Shown piece after piece: positions 15,873-26,468 of a DNA stretch of 43,346 nt. The number at the start of each line of letters is the position of its first letter. Positions within the stretch are counted from its first letter, which is position 1. The stretch comes from a phage. The stretch lies in the NCBI GenBank assembly GCA_031490115.1, contig GCA_031490115.1_4355.1; one strand, 5' to 3'. Made by a program: the position numbers and the translations under genes. The notes under the pieces are model-generated. The model made no database searches. It saw only the letters and a list, made by a program, of their open reading frames with translations, and was not told where the DNA came from.

Positions 15873-18209
15873 TTAACTGTTTGTCAGGGTAGCCACTAAT
15901 GTCTCAAGCGCTATAATCCTTTTCTCTAACTGAGCTGCTTTACGTCGCTGTAACGCAGCCTCTAATATCAATACCTCATCATAACGAATACCATACCGCT
16001 CCCCTGCCGCCGTAGCTTTTGTTAATACTTCCCCAGATTCCTCATCAATAATTTCCGGAGACGCTTCCCACTTATCGTAGCACAGGAAACCGTACTTAGT
16101 CGCGTCCAACCCGTGCCGGGTAAACGCCTCAATTGCTCGTTGGGCTACTACTCCAAAGTGCCACCTAGCTGCATCCTCCCCCTTCTCTGCAACCCTATCC
16201 AGGTACTTATATTGAACTAAATTAACTTCAGCCCAAGCGTCTAACATAGTGTCAGTTAATTCCAGGGGTAGTGTCTTGGTTCTCTCGTCAGACGTAACCG
16301 TAAACGCTGTTTGAGTGAATCCGCCGGACAAAGCGCGATTTGCCGACCCGATAGCGACGGTGTTTGCCCTGGATGGTGTAATAGCCGTCGGGGCTATTTG
16401 AATATACGCCGATGCGTCAGAGGCTAAGCGTAAATCACCATTAACCAGAGAAATAGTTCGAGAAGTACCATCAGATGTGAGTAATTTTATCTGAGAGGTC
16501 GTACCTCCACCAATAGCCAAAGATGTAGCCCCATCGGAAATTAGTCTGAATTTATCAGCTGTCACAAAAGGCAATGCAGAAGTATTTATATACTTAGTGA
16601 ACCACTCAAACCTACCGGACATGGACCCTATGTATTGTCCTATAGCGGGGGCGTGTACCACGTTACTGGTGGTAGTACCATCAATGCTAGAGACTCCGGT
16701 TATAGTAGATAGTGAACTAAGAAGACTGTTCTTGGGTCCAGGGTGCTTTACTTCCACAAAGTTACGGGTAGTCCCTGTCTCTAGTGTAACAACCCCGGAA
16801 GCACTATACATAGGGAAAACCGATGCGTAGTTATTACTAGCTCTGTCTAAAAACCTAATAGAAGTCGCGGTTTGCGTTTGCCCTAAACTATTAGTTCCGC
16901 TGCACCCAACCATTAGAATATTATCAGCGGCATTATAGTTGCCTTGTAATGTAACGCCGTGTGCTTGCGTGGCCTCGGAGGAGGAGTAATCAGCTACAAC
17001 ATTTGTCACCAGATTACCTGAACCCTTGCCGGTGACCACAGCGGCATACTTAGCGTTATTAGCAACAACATTACTGATAATATTACTGCTAGGGGCATTG
17101 GTCGTATTGGTGCCATTATAAACAACGTGCTGACAGCTTTGCCCAATGACGCCACTAACAACATTACATTTAGCATCTGTTTTCAACTCAACCGCCCCGA
17201 ATTGGGGGTAGTTTCGGGCGATAACATCGTTGATTATAGTATTACTTGCGGACTCAAACAGCACGCACCCCGCTGTTTTATTTGTAGCATACCCGGAGTA
17301 GTCGCCCCGTATGCCGCTTACAATGTATCCAGACGGACCCCCATTATTAGGGTATGCTATTAAACTAAATCCAGTTCCCTTTGCATTTTTAAAATCAATA
17401 CCTTTAATAGTAACGTCCTGCCCACCGGCGAAGGAAACCTGCTGACCCTGTGTGAGGTCCGTTGCCTTATTTCCTACAATACTCAGGGTGCTAAGTAGCC
17501 CTCCTGCAGGTTTATCAAAGATTAAGTGGTTTCCAGAATCGTTTGATTGTTTTAAAACCCCACCCCCTGTTCCGAATAGAGAGCATGTCGGGTGGGAGAG
17601 TAGCGACGTACTATACTCCCCTTGCGGTACAAGCACCCCGTTACTAGCTGTAAGCGCTCGGTTAAGGGCGTTTGTGTAATCAGGGTCAGTACTTAAATAG
17701 AAGTCCAGAACGGAAACTACTTCTCTATTTTTATCGTGTTGCGTCCTGCCGACAGCGTCGGTAAATGGTTGTCGGACGCCGACCATGGCATCACCTAATG
17801 TCGCATTGTCTGTGCTGGATAAATCATTCCGTAAATCAGGGTCTGTCTGCGGCTTCCAGTTAGCGTTACCGACTGGATTAAAACTCGCGGGAACAACAAC
17901 CGGCAACGTACCCGCATATGAGTACCACGTCTTGCTTACGGGGTCATACACCACTTTGTCGCGGTCATTAACTGTTAACGTACCGCCGGTGGAAAAGCCC
18001 CACGATACGGGAGAAAAACCGGCATCACGCAACACAGCAGGAAGCGTCTTCTGGGTCTGCCCGGTAACAGGGTTGGTCGCGTAATCAATATCGGCGCCAC
18101 CAGCAACCCCGCCGGATTTACCGGTGATAACCTCGGCTTCAAAAATTTGGTGTTTCTTGGCGGTTTGTAAATCCGCCAGGCTTAAAACGTCACCGCATCC
18201 GCTTGACAT
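15873..18209 (-). CDS. tailspike/tail fibre with C-terminal intramolecular chaperone (peptidase S74-like)
   Basis: 778 aa; central Gly/Ser/Thr/Asn-rich beta-helix-like region; C-terminal block ...DERTKTLPLELTD...WHFGVVAQRAIEAF... resembles the endosialidase-type autocleaving chaperone. Confidence 0.7.
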   Translation of the reverse strand: MSSGCGDVLSLADLQTAKKHQIFEAEVITGKSGGVAGGADIDYATNPVTGQTQKTLPAVLRDAGFSPVSWGFSTGGTLTVNDRDKVVYDPVSKTWYSYAGTLPVVVPASFNPVGNANWKPQTDPDLRNDLSSTDNATLGDAMVGVRQPFTDAVGRTQHDKNREVVSVLDFYLSTDPDYTNALNRALTASNGVLVPQGEYSTSLLSHPTCSLFGTGGGVLKQSNDSGNHLIFDKPAGGLLSTLSIVGNKATDLTQGQQVSFAGGQDVTIKGIDFKNAKGTGFSLIAYPNNGGPSGYIVSGIRGDYSGYATNKTAGCVLFESASNTIINDVIARNYPQFGAVELKTDAKCNVVSGVIGQSCQHVVYNGTNTTNAPSSNIISNVVANNAKYAAVVTGKGSGNLVTNVVADYSSSEATQAHGVTLQGNYNAADNILMVGCSGTNSLGQTQTATSIRFLDRASNNYASVFPMYSASGVVTLETGTTRNFVEVKHPGPKNSLLSSLSTITGVSSIDGTTTSNVVHAPAIGQYIGSMSGRFEWFTKYINTSALPFVTADKFRLISDGATSLAIGGGTTSQIKLLTSDGTSRTISLVNGDLRLASDASAYIQIAPTAITPSRANTVAIGSANRALSGGFTQTAFTVTSDERTKTLPLELTDTMLDAWAEVNLVQYKYLDRVAEKGEDAARWHFGVVAQRAIEAFTRHGLDATKYGFLCYDKWEASPEIIDEESGEVLTKATAAGERYGIRYDEVLILEAALQRRKAAQLEKRIIALETLVATLTNS

Positions 18210-18221
18210 ATAGAGTCCTCT

Positions 18222-20789
18222 TTAATTAAAACCATTGCTGAATCCGTCGGAGAAACCGCTGCCGTATGGCGCGACGCCGTCGTATTTATAGAATCCGTCA
18301 TCATAGTTGTAGCCCGTAATCTTGACCGTGCGGTCGTCGCCGGGGTCGATTGAAGAAACAACTATCTTCTGAGCATTATGCCTTGCTTCGTTGCCGAATG
18401 AAAACTCAGTTTTTAGCGCACTATTCCCCGTGTAGATTGCCTCCTCCGGCGCGGAGAGCATAATCACTTCGCGGTCGTGGCTTCCTTTGATAACGGAGAT
18501 ACTCTGTACAGAGCCATCGCGCTTCTTAAGAATGATGGAATGGTCATCACCAGGAGTAAACGTAACAGGCTGAGACAGCGTCAGCGTAAGGCCATTGACG
18601 GCAACAACATAACCATCCTGCGGCGCGATACGCGAGCCTTTAACTACACTGATTACGCCGCCGGGAGTAGCGAGAGCGCCTTCTTCGGTAGCTTCGAACT
18701 CTACGACAACTTTACTTAACGTGTTGCGCTGGTAGCGACGCCACGCCAGCCAGTACGCTTGCTGATAGTTACGTACACCCTTCGATTCGTATTCCTCAGT
18801 GTTTGCGCCGAGTTCTTCCGGGATATAAATCGTTTCCTGTACGTTAGTATCCGGGTCGATGTACGAGAACGACAGGCTATCGTAGGTTGTCGAATCGTTG
18901 AACGTGCGCGTCCATTTCTCCGTACCGGTCGTTTTGCTGCGGTGGGTGAAAACCATCTCAGGCCCCGCAACAGGACGGTCGAATCGCAGCATAATATCAG
19001 CACCTTTACGGTATGCCGTACAAAACACGGCTTCCGCGATGGTCTGAACGATGTCTTGCATGGTTGTGTCGTAGTCGTCGAATGTGTAGCAGAACTGCCC
19101 GGCTAATTCACTGTCAAAATACGACTCAATTTCTTCCTGCACGGCAAGTAACTTGTCCATATTTGCCGTTGTCAGTTCCAGATTACCCACCACAGGGTCA
19201 CGCGCCAGCCTGATTAGCGACTGCACGGCCTGAGTGTTCGGTGTCATTACCGTATCGAATACGCCGTTACCTAAGTATTTGTAGCACATCTCGGTTGCAA
19301 TCATGCGCAGTTCCGGTTCGGACACCTCGGCTGCACGTGGGGTTTGTTTACGGGCGCAGTGTACGGTAGTACGGTTGCCGTAGTGGGGGGTTGTGTCCAG
19401 CGACTGCCCATACAGATTAGTGAAAGTAACCTCGTCGCTAACAGTACCTTCAAAATCTTTATCGGTGTCCGAAACACGACGCATACGGGCGCGGAATCTG
19501 GAAGCAGTTGGTAAACTTCCGTAAAGAGTAATCCCTGTGTAATCGGTGTTTCTCCCTGTAACAGTGCCTTGCACGGTGAATATGCCACCAACGGGCTGTT
19601 TCAATTCGTCCACCATCTGGTATTGCAGTTCCACCGTAACGGAGGCACGGTTATAATCGCCGTTATATTTATACATGCCGTTGCTGGCGGCGACATTGGC
19701 TACAACACGGTTGACCGTACCGCGGGTGATGTACGCCCATTCAGAGAGGGAAGCCGCGTAAGTGTCCGCCGGACCTATGAGATGGTTACCCTCTTCACCT
19801 ATAAACCATACAGATGTTCCTAGCTGGCTCCATGTAGATTGATTAGGGCTGATATCTACCGTTAGCGTGGTTTCACTAACCGAAAGGACAGTGTACCTCC
19901 CGTCCAGGTTAACCTCATTACCTAAAGACCCTGGGGTTGTATCTGCATATACGTTATCGAAGTATGCCAGGTCCCCGACCGCCAAAAACTCATCGAAACC
20001 AGCGTCATCGCCTACTACAACGCCGGTTGTTCCCCGCCGCTGGACAGTGTAGTCCTGCACGTCTATAGCGATATCATTAGGGGCGGGAAGAACAGCGCCA
20101 TCGACATCGGCGTTTTTAAATGTAACGTACAATTTCTGGTCTATAGGGTCGCCGATATGCAATTGTGGTGTGCTGGTGTTATTCGGCGAAGTGTAAGGAG
20201 AATACACCGTCACCGACGAGCCAGTTATCTCGCTGATTCGGGTATCTGCCTCAGTTACACCGTCTTCCTCAATATGCAGATACCCTCGACCGACGTCATA
20301 GTACGCATATTCAATAAGCGCCCCCGTGGCGTTAAACACCTTATACGTCTGCATCAGGTCATTGGGTATAGTCTGCACTGTCCCGCAGATGTCATAAGAA
20401 CGTTCATAAGGACGTGGCTTGTTCGAGCGGTCAGTAAGACTGTTGTTAGGCGACGTAGCCTGATTGTTGGTAGCGGAATAATTAGCGTTAGCTGCTGTGT
20501 TTAGCCCGAACAATTTGGCAATTGGCTTAAGGATGAAACTGAATACACTACCGATAGCGTCGCCGATACCACCGCCTGCACCCTCGATAATGTGGTACAC
20601 GGCGTCCTCGTCTTTGAGCGCATTGAAGTCGTCTGTTACATCTGTATCATCGCCAATCTCACCGAGATAGACGCGCACAGGCACGCCGTAGGGAATACGG
20701 TTAACGACAAACTCCATCGGCATCCCGACGTGTTTTGTACGGTCGAAAGCGCCTTCAGCGTTTCGCGTGTAGTGCAGGATTATCGCCAA
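18222..20789 (-). CDS. tail tip / host-specificity protein (gpJ-like)
   Basis: 855 aa, downstream of the NlpC/P60-like tail gene; position matches the central tail fibre. Confidence 0.55.
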   Translation of the reverse strand: MAIILHYTRNAEGAFDRTKHVGMPMEFVVNRIPYGVPVRVYLGEIGDDTDVTDDFNALKDEDAVYHIIEGAGGGIGDAIGSVFSFILKPIAKLFGLNTAANANYSATNNQATSPNNSLTDRSNKPRPYERSYDICGTVQTIPNDLMQTYKVFNATGALIEYAYYDVGRGYLHIEEDGVTEADTRISEITGSSVTVYSPYTSPNNTSTPQLHIGDPIDQKLYVTFKNADVDGAVLPAPNDIAIDVQDYTVQRRGTTGVVVGDDAGFDEFLAVGDLAYFDNVYADTTPGSLGNEVNLDGRYTVLSVSETTLTVDISPNQSTWSQLGTSVWFIGEEGNHLIGPADTYAASLSEWAYITRGTVNRVVANVAASNGMYKYNGDYNRASVTVELQYQMVDELKQPVGGIFTVQGTVTGRNTDYTGITLYGSLPTASRFRARMRRVSDTDKDFEGTVSDEVTFTNLYGQSLDTTPHYGNRTTVHCARKQTPRAAEVSEPELRMIATEMCYKYLGNGVFDTVMTPNTQAVQSLIRLARDPVVGNLELTTANMDKLLAVQEEIESYFDSELAGQFCYTFDDYDTTMQDIVQTIAEAVFCTAYRKGADIMLRFDRPVAGPEMVFTHRSKTTGTEKWTRTFNDSTTYDSLSFSYIDPDTNVQETIYIPEELGANTEEYESKGVRNYQQAYWLAWRRYQRNTLSKVVVEFEATEEGALATPGGVISVVKGSRIAPQDGYVVAVNGLTLTLSQPVTFTPGDDHSIILKKRDGSVQSISVIKGSHDREVIMLSAPEEAIYTGNSALKTEFSFGNEARHNAQKIVVSSIDPGDDRTVKITGYNYDDGFYKYDGVAPYGSGFSDGFSNGFN

Positions 20790-21145
20790 AATTCAATCTC
20801 CGTGTACGTGTCTCCGAGGTCCACCAGCCTGTCAAGCCGTACCTGACGGGATGCAAGCTCGCAATGACTCACCATCCCGTCGAAGTAAACTCCAGCGTGC
20901 CACACGATACGACCCCCGCGGCGATAACCCATAAGCACCGCGCAGAAGTTTTCAGGCTTATCAATTTTTGTAAGCCCCTTCGTGTCACGGTGGCCTTCGT
21001 CAAACGCTTCGTTAATTGCCGTTGGGCTTGTAACGTCGAACGCAGGGGTTTCTAACCCGGCATCCGCGCGGACAATGCGCACGTGATGCCAGCAATTGCG
21101 CTTGCGAAAGTCGTAAGGTATGCCCGTGTAGTCGTTAATATTCAT
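20780..21145 (-). CDS. tail assembly protein, NlpC/P60-like (lambda gpK-like C-terminal domain)
   Basis: 121 aa with Cys...His...His spacing (NCWHH...WHAG...SHC). Confidence 0.5.
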   Translation of the reverse strand: MNINDYTGIPYDFRKRNCWHHVRIVRADAGLETPAFDVTSPTAINEAFDEGHRDTKGLTKIDKPENFCAVLMGYRRGGRIVWHAGVYFDGMVSHCELASRQVRLDRLVDLGDTYTEIEFWR

Positions 21146-21657
21146 GTGGTCAACAGGCCGCGTAATAACGGTATCTCTTTAGGTGTCATCAGTATACCAG
21201 TGCTTCGCTGGTTCAGCATAGGTGTACCTACATCCGCGGAGAACTCGCCCTTCTCCTGGTTGATGGCCTGTAACTCGTACACGACAGGACCGTCAGCCGG
21301 ATAAGACAGGTCTGTGCTGACATAACGACGGAAGACGAACTTAGGCAACTCAGTATTGCTCATCGGGATTTTATCCATCTCATCATCCAGTTGATTGAGG
21401 ATATCCGGTAAAGTAAACGTCGTAGTCTGGTCCATATCACTGTTGTTAGCCGCTCCCGACGCCTCCATCGGGGTTGGCTCGAATGTTATTGTTTCGCCTG
21501 TCTCCAGTGTTGCCGTGAGTTCCTGTAACCCGCGCACAAGATAGTACGTCTTAGACAGCAACGGGTGGCTGATTTGCAACGTGATGTAGTCCATCTCGCC
21601 GTCGGGGTTGGAGGCCAGCTTACGGCGATAGGCGGCTTCTACTGATTCCTGGCTCAT
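21142..21657 (-). CDS. minor tail protein
   Basis: 171 aa, position equivalent to lambda gpL. Confidence 0.45.
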   Translation of the reverse strand: MSQESVEAAYRRKLASNPDGEMDYITLQISHPLLSKTYYLVRGLQELTATLETGETITFEPTPMEASGAANNSDMDQTTTFTLPDILNQLDDEMDKIPMSNTELPKFVFRRYVSTDLSYPADGPVVYELQAINQEKGEFSADVGTPMLNQRSTGILMTPKEIPLLRGLLTT

Positions 21658-21660
21658 AAG

Positions 21661-23058
21661 TTAACTGTCCACATTAAAATCAATACGGGTGATGTACTTG
21701 CTTCCCCACGCAGAGTCTGCTTGAGGGATGGCGGCGTAACCGTCAACAGACGGAACGTTTACCACAGAGCCGTCTGAATATGTAATATCAATGCTTGTTG
21801 CACCGTTCATTACTACTTTTGCCGATGCCGTCGTTCGGGTTACCGGTGACGATTCGGTTACTATTGGCGACGTGGCAAAAGGTGATTTTTCTATTTGCAT
21901 CGCGCACACTAATATCCCACTAACCCCGTCACCGACAAATGAACCAACGGCGGAGTTGTTGTACACCCGTGACGCTAAAACCAGAGAAGATGCGCCGCCC
22001 TGGCGTATAGCTACCGTTTCTGTAAATCGATACCAACCATCGCCAAGCTCTGCTATATCGCTGCCGGGGGCGCCCGCGTAAATACCCCCTGTCGATAAGT
22101 TAGCAACACAATCCGCGATAAACTTAGCATCACCAGAGGCGCGAAGTCTCGCATAATTATAACCATATGCCTTAGCAACGTAACTGAGAGTGTATACATC
22201 ACCCTCCGCAAAAGCGGAAGACACCGATTGATATACGAGATGGCTGCCGTTTGTCTGGTTCGGGACTAGCGAGAACGTACCACCGTTTAGAAATCCGTCA
22301 ACTGCATCCGACACTGTTGTTCTAACTTTAGTCCACGATGCGTCAGATAATTTCGACGATTTAATCAGGATATTACTGGACGCGGATTCCGGCGGAACAC
22401 GTCCAACAGCAACCCCATCAATAAACGTAAGAGGCCATTCATTAGCGGCGGACTGCACAAGATTGCCGTTGCGGTTGATGTAATAAACCTGCGGCGCGTC
22501 ATACACAATGCGGCTATCAAGAGTCGACGCCAGAAGGTTAATCGGTGGATACCCGGCAGGCCCTTCATTGCTCCAGATGCGCGGGAACGTTGTCTCATAG
22601 TTCGCGTATATTTTCAGGAAACTGCCCAGGCAATCACCATAACAGCCATACAAATCTGGCAGATTGTTAATCAGACACTGGTTCTCGAGGTCCTGGAACG
22701 GCGATTTCTCGGCGGTTGCCGTGAAAGTAATTGTCCAGTTAATCCCGTCTTCGGTGGACTCGGCGATAGTGGACGTAATGGTTACCTGGTAATCCTCAAT
22801 ACCCATGCCGAAGTCGTGCGCCATCCAGAAACTTGACGCGCCACCATCGACTTTCTCGAGGAACGACAGAAACGCCTGCCGTCCCAGTGCCGATGTAATC
22901 AGAGTTACGCTTATCGGAAACACGTCGTAATACGTGTCGCGGCCCTGACGCACCCCGCCGCCGGCTAAATCGACACTCCAGACGTTGTTACGTCTGGTCA
23001 TTGAGTAGCCTTTTGATACCACCGGCTTAAGGCTACGTGGGAAATATAATTCGGTCAT
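21661..23058 (-). CDS. distal tail / minor tail protein
   Basis: 465 aa, immediately after the tape measure protein. Confidence 0.45.
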   Translation of the reverse strand: MTELYFPRSLKPVVSKGYSMTRRNNVWSVDLAGGGVRQGRDTYYDVFPISVTLITSALGRQAFLSFLEKVDGGASSFWMAHDFGMGIEDYQVTITSTIAESTEDGINWTITFTATAEKSPFQDLENQCLINNLPDLYGCYGDCLGSFLKIYANYETTFPRIWSNEGPAGYPPINLLASTLDSRIVYDAPQVYYINRNGNLVQSAANEWPLTFIDGVAVGRVPPESASSNILIKSSKLSDASWTKVRTTVSDAVDGFLNGGTFSLVPNQTNGSHLVYQSVSSAFAEGDVYTLSYVAKAYGYNYARLRASGDAKFIADCVANLSTGGIYAGAPGSDIAELGDGWYRFTETVAIRQGGASSLVLASRVYNNSAVGSFVGDGVSGILVCAMQIEKSPFATSPIVTESSPVTRTTASAKVVMNGATSIDITYSDGSVVNVPSVDGYAAIPQADSAWGSKYITRIDFNVDS

Positions 23059-25346
23059 TATTTAAACCCCGGCGCATTTCTTGTGGCCTTGCGGGCCTTG
23101 CTAATCTTACTGTTACTGTTCTGCAAAGAGGCAGCCACTTGCTCCTCGATGATGATACGCAAACGGCCTTCATCATCTTGCTCAGTGGATACGTTGCCGA
23201 TTTGAGAACTCGTGTTGTTTACGATAGTAACATTAGACGGTCCGGAAGAAGACCCGTTTTGCCCCATAATTTCTTTCATCTGCTGTGCGGTGCGTACACG
23301 TGACGCACCAGCGGGCATGATAACTTCTGGTTTACCGCGTTCGGCGATGGTTGAAGCCTGCCCCGCGGATAACTGTCCGCCCTGTTCACGTGCGGACCTG
23401 ATAGCGGAAATCTGCGCCATACCCGCCCCAACGGCAGCAGCGGCAGCTACAGGAGCCAGGAACGGGCCAACTACAGGGATAGCCGCTGTTGACTTATACG
23501 CCTCAATAGCCGCGGTGTACGTGGCTATAGTGGCCTGCACGATAGCGAATGCCTTGTACGCGCCAGAAGCCTCGCCCAAAGCCGAACCGATGTTTGAGGC
23601 CATGTTACCGAAGGCCGTTGCCGTTGCGTCGGCACGCTTCGTGGCGTACTGCGCGTTGATGGCATTAAGCGCAGCCTGATACCGCTTCTCACTAATCAAA
23701 CCCTGCTCGCGGTACTTATCTGCTACCGACAGTTTCTGCTGTTCCTGGATGTCGAGAAGCTCAAGCTCAGTAGCGTTCTGACCCATAATCTGAGCCATGA
23801 AGTCGTCGCCTTTCTGCTGCTTTTCCTGGGCTTCTTTCTGGCGTTTATCCAGTTCATCTTGTCGTTTTTGCCCTGCTTCGAGGACAATAGCCGTTTTTGC
23901 TTGCTCGTATTCTTTCAGTGACAGCGCGCCCTGGCTGTAGAACTCTTTTGCTTTAGCCAGTTTCTGCTGTTCCTGAGCGTCAATAGCCTTTAACTCGTCG
24001 TTGTTCTGGCGGGCCAAAGTGTCGAGGTAATCTTGCGCCTGATTCCGCAATTGTTCTGCTTTCTTGGCGGCGGCTTTTGCCGCTTTATCGTCAGCGTTTC
24101 CGGTGCCGCCAGTTCCACCCTTTTTATTAACAAGGCTGGCTAAGTCAATTTCTTGCTTCTTGCGCTCGTCGTACTGCTTGCGCTGTTCCTCAATTTCTTT
24201 CTTACGCTGCTTAGACCGGTCAGTTATGGCCTGTGATTCGGCCTCTGCGCGTTTTATGCTGGCGGCGTACGCGGCGTCGGCCTCTGCGGTCAGGTTTTTA
24301 AAAGTGAGCGCTGCCGTTTTGCTCGGGTCAAACACGTCAGCAAGGGTCTGACCTAACGCTACGGCGTAATCGTCAATGCGCTGGAACCACGCAATAACCT
24401 CGTGGAATGTCTGCTGGATGTCAGGCAACCACTCTCGGATGGCGTCAGGGATAGTTCCCAGCGAGTCTGACATGTCCGCGGATTTGTCCTCGGTGTCGTA
24501 TGCCAGGTCGTTCAAAGCGTCAGAAATAAACTTGAACGACTCATTGAACAGTGTCGCCCAATCCTGGAGCGTGGCGGCTATCTCATTAGATGCGATGGCG
24601 TCGGTAAGCGCCGTCACTGCGTCTTCTGCCATCGCGGCTTGCTCACCTACGGCATCGCCAAAACCGGATTGTGCTACCGCAAGAACAAGACCATCGAAGG
24701 AGTCGGCGAGGCTCGACAACTGACCGTCTAAGGTCTTCGAACGCGTCTCCATCGCTCCGGCGAAATCTGTGTTACCGATGTTTAACAGGTATTTCTGAAT
24801 TTCTTCGGAGTTCTTTTTAACCGTGGTGGTAACACCGCGGAACGTGAAAGAAACTGTATCCGCCTGCTGTGACGACTTGATACCGAACTCTTTTAAGCGC
24901 TCAAACTCAAAGGTACTGGCGTCCGCCACCGCCTCAATCATTTGATTAAGGTCTTTACCCATAGCCGCCGCGGTGTTGCCGTAGGAAATCAGCGCCTCTT
25001 TGCTGGGGTTCAGACCGAGGGCTACAAGTTTAGTGAAGCCCTCGACCGCCTGATTTAGACCATACGGGGTTTCTTTTGCGAACTGTTGCAGGACGCTGAA
25101 AGCCTTAGCCGCGTTCTCTGCGCTTCCAGTCATTGTGATGAGGCCGGAATTCAGCTTATCGAAGTTGCGCTGGGAGTCCACCAGTGCGCTGAACACCCGC
25201 TTAGCGGTTTCCAGACTAACAACGGCAGCAGCGGCAGCGCCAGCCGCTTTGGTAAGGCCGTTCAGTTGCGATGTGGTTTTATCGACGCCGGTCGAGGATA
25301 CTCGTACTATCAAGCTAGCGGTATCAGCCATGATTTCTACCTTCAA
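23058..25346 (-). CDS. tail tape measure protein
   Basis: 762 aa, extensive Ala/Gln/Glu/Lys-rich coiled coil, placed after the G/T chaperone pair. Confidence 0.85.
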   Translation of the reverse strand: MKVEIMADTASLIVRVSSTGVDKTTSQLNGLTKAAGAAAAAVVSLETAKRVFSALVDSQRNFDKLNSGLITMTGSAENAAKAFSVLQQFAKETPYGLNQAVEGFTKLVALGLNPSKEALISYGNTAAAMGKDLNQMIEAVADASTFEFERLKEFGIKSSQQADTVSFTFRGVTTTVKKNSEEIQKYLLNIGNTDFAGAMETRSKTLDGQLSSLADSFDGLVLAVAQSGFGDAVGEQAAMAEDAVTALTDAIASNEIAATLQDWATLFNESFKFISDALNDLAYDTEDKSADMSDSLGTIPDAIREWLPDIQQTFHEVIAWFQRIDDYAVALGQTLADVFDPSKTAALTFKNLTAEADAAYAASIKRAEAESQAITDRSKQRKKEIEEQRKQYDERKKQEIDLASLVNKKGGTGGTGNADDKAAKAAAKKAEQLRNQAQDYLDTLARQNNDELKAIDAQEQQKLAKAKEFYSQGALSLKEYEQAKTAIVLEAGQKRQDELDKRQKEAQEKQQKGDDFMAQIMGQNATELELLDIQEQQKLSVADKYREQGLISEKRYQAALNAINAQYATKRADATATAFGNMASNIGSALGEASGAYKAFAIVQATIATYTAAIEAYKSTAAIPVVGPFLAPVAAAAAVGAGMAQISAIRSAREQGGQLSAGQASTIAERGKPEVIMPAGASRVRTAQQMKEIMGQNGSSSGPSNVTIVNNTSSQIGNVSTEQDDEGRLRIIIEEQVAASLQNSNSKISKARKATRNAPGFK

Positions 25347-25719
25347 AGATTGCTTCTAAGCCCATGATAATGTCTATCTCGAACAGGCTAAGCTGTTTTT
25401 GCGTAACATCGAGATAGGCTTTCAGGTCTTGCCACGTAACGGATTCTCTTGCGAACAATACTACAGCGTCCTCGCGCACGTGTCGCGTAAACTTAATGTC
25501 ACAGTACGTCTCAAAGGTGGATATAAAAAGGGGCGGGCATTCTGGCCCACCCCGTCGCGCTGCACGTTTTTTCTTATCGATTACACCCATCGCGATAAGC
25601 GCCTGTTCGTGTCCGTCAGCTATAGAATCAAACTCTCTGATTTTATGCTTATCCACAAACTCGTAGGTGGCGAACCTGTACAGCGCGTCTACTTTTCCTG
25701 TAATGCTTTGCGCTCGGCG
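25324..25719 (-). CDS. tail assembly chaperone T segment (candidate -1 frameshift extension of G)
   Basis: Reading frame open from 25719 and in the -1 frame relative to the G ORF; overlaps the last ~10 codons of G, where the mRNA reads CAG GAA AAG TAG. Confidence 0.5.
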   Translation of the reverse strand, partial: RRAQSITGKVDALYRFATYEFVDKHKIREFDSIADGHEQALIAMGVIDKKKRAARRGGPECPPLFISTFETYCDIKFTRHVREDAVVLFARESVTWQDLKAYLDVTQKQLSLFEIDIIMGLEAIFEGRNHG

Positions 25720-26108
25720 TTATGGAACGCTGCAACCTGGGTTCCAAGCCCTTTGAACTGGTCGAGCAATTTGTTAAACGCTTCCTTAGAGAAAGGCTCG
25801 TCGTCAAAGCTCCAGCCGTTTACGACTTCTGCCGCGAGTTGTCGGTTGAGGTCTTCCGCCAGTTCATTAACCGCCAGGTTATATTCAGTATAGTCGCCGG
25901 ATTCTTTGGCGGCTTTTTCCAGTTCTTCAAAACGCGCCAGCCCGCGGCGGTACGCGATAATGAAAGCACGCCCCGCTTTAACGGCGACATCGGCATCTGG
26001 ACTTACAACATTAAGCCACTCACCGGAGTCTTCGCCGTTTGGTAGCAGAATCGGCATCTTCTTGCCTACCAGTGCTTTCTCTTCGAAATAGAAATCAGAA
26101 AGTTTCAT
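25689..26108 (-). CDS. tail assembly chaperone (gpG-like)
   Basis: 139 aa, acidic, between major tail and tape measure genes. Confidence 0.6.
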   Translation of the reverse strand: MKLSDFYFEEKALVGKKMPILLPNGEDSGEWLNVVSPDADVAVKAGRAFIIAYRRGLARFEELEKAAKESGDYTEYNLAVNELAEDLNRQLAAEVVNGWSFDDEPFSKEAFNKLLDQFKGLGTQVAAFHNAERKALQEK

Positions 26109-26217
26109 TCTTTAATCCTTTGGTTAAGAGGTTACGGGTTAACGATAAATGCGCCAGACGGGAACCACCCGCTTTTCGTGTGCGACACTAGGCGCAAAAA
26201 TTATTCTACCACAATAC

Positions 26218-26246
26218 TTGCACACCCCAATATAATAGGGTACTAT
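26218..26246 (+). promoter_or_regulatory. sigma70-like promoter (TTGCAC-N17-TACTAT), rightward
   Basis: Same element as 35065-35093; 30 nt upstream of the Imm-like gene. Confidence 0.6.
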
Positions 26247-26276
26247 TCACTTACACCAACAATGGAGGGGTTTAAA

Positions 26277-26468
26277 ATGTCCAGTTTACCAGTTTCCTTA
26301 ATTCTGTTTGCACTGCTCGCTTATTTCGCGCCTTTCCTGGTTGCGTATTTCCGTAACCATAAAGCGAAATTAGCGATATTCATGGCTAATCTGTTTCTTG
26401 GATGGGTTCTGCTGCCGTGGGTATTTATTTTAATCTGGGCTTGCAACTCGAATGTCAAAGAGAAGTGA
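26277..26468 (+). CDS. superinfection immunity (Imm)-like small membrane protein
   Basis: 63 aa from the ATG behind GGAGGGG; YFAPFLVAYFRNHKAKLAIFMANLFLGWVLLPWVFILIWA fits the Imm-type two-TM pattern (YF.P...R.H...AIF..N.FLGW). Confidence 0.6.
   Translation: MSSLPVSLILFALLAYFAPFLVAYFRNHKAKLAIFMANLFLGWVLLPWVFILIWACNSNVKEK

Noticed and set aside
23212-24723. Several plus-strand ORFs (155, 95 and 115 aa) within the tape measure gene
   Set aside because: All are antisense to the tape measure coding sequence and Ala/Ser-rich, reflecting the repetitive GC-rich coding strand.
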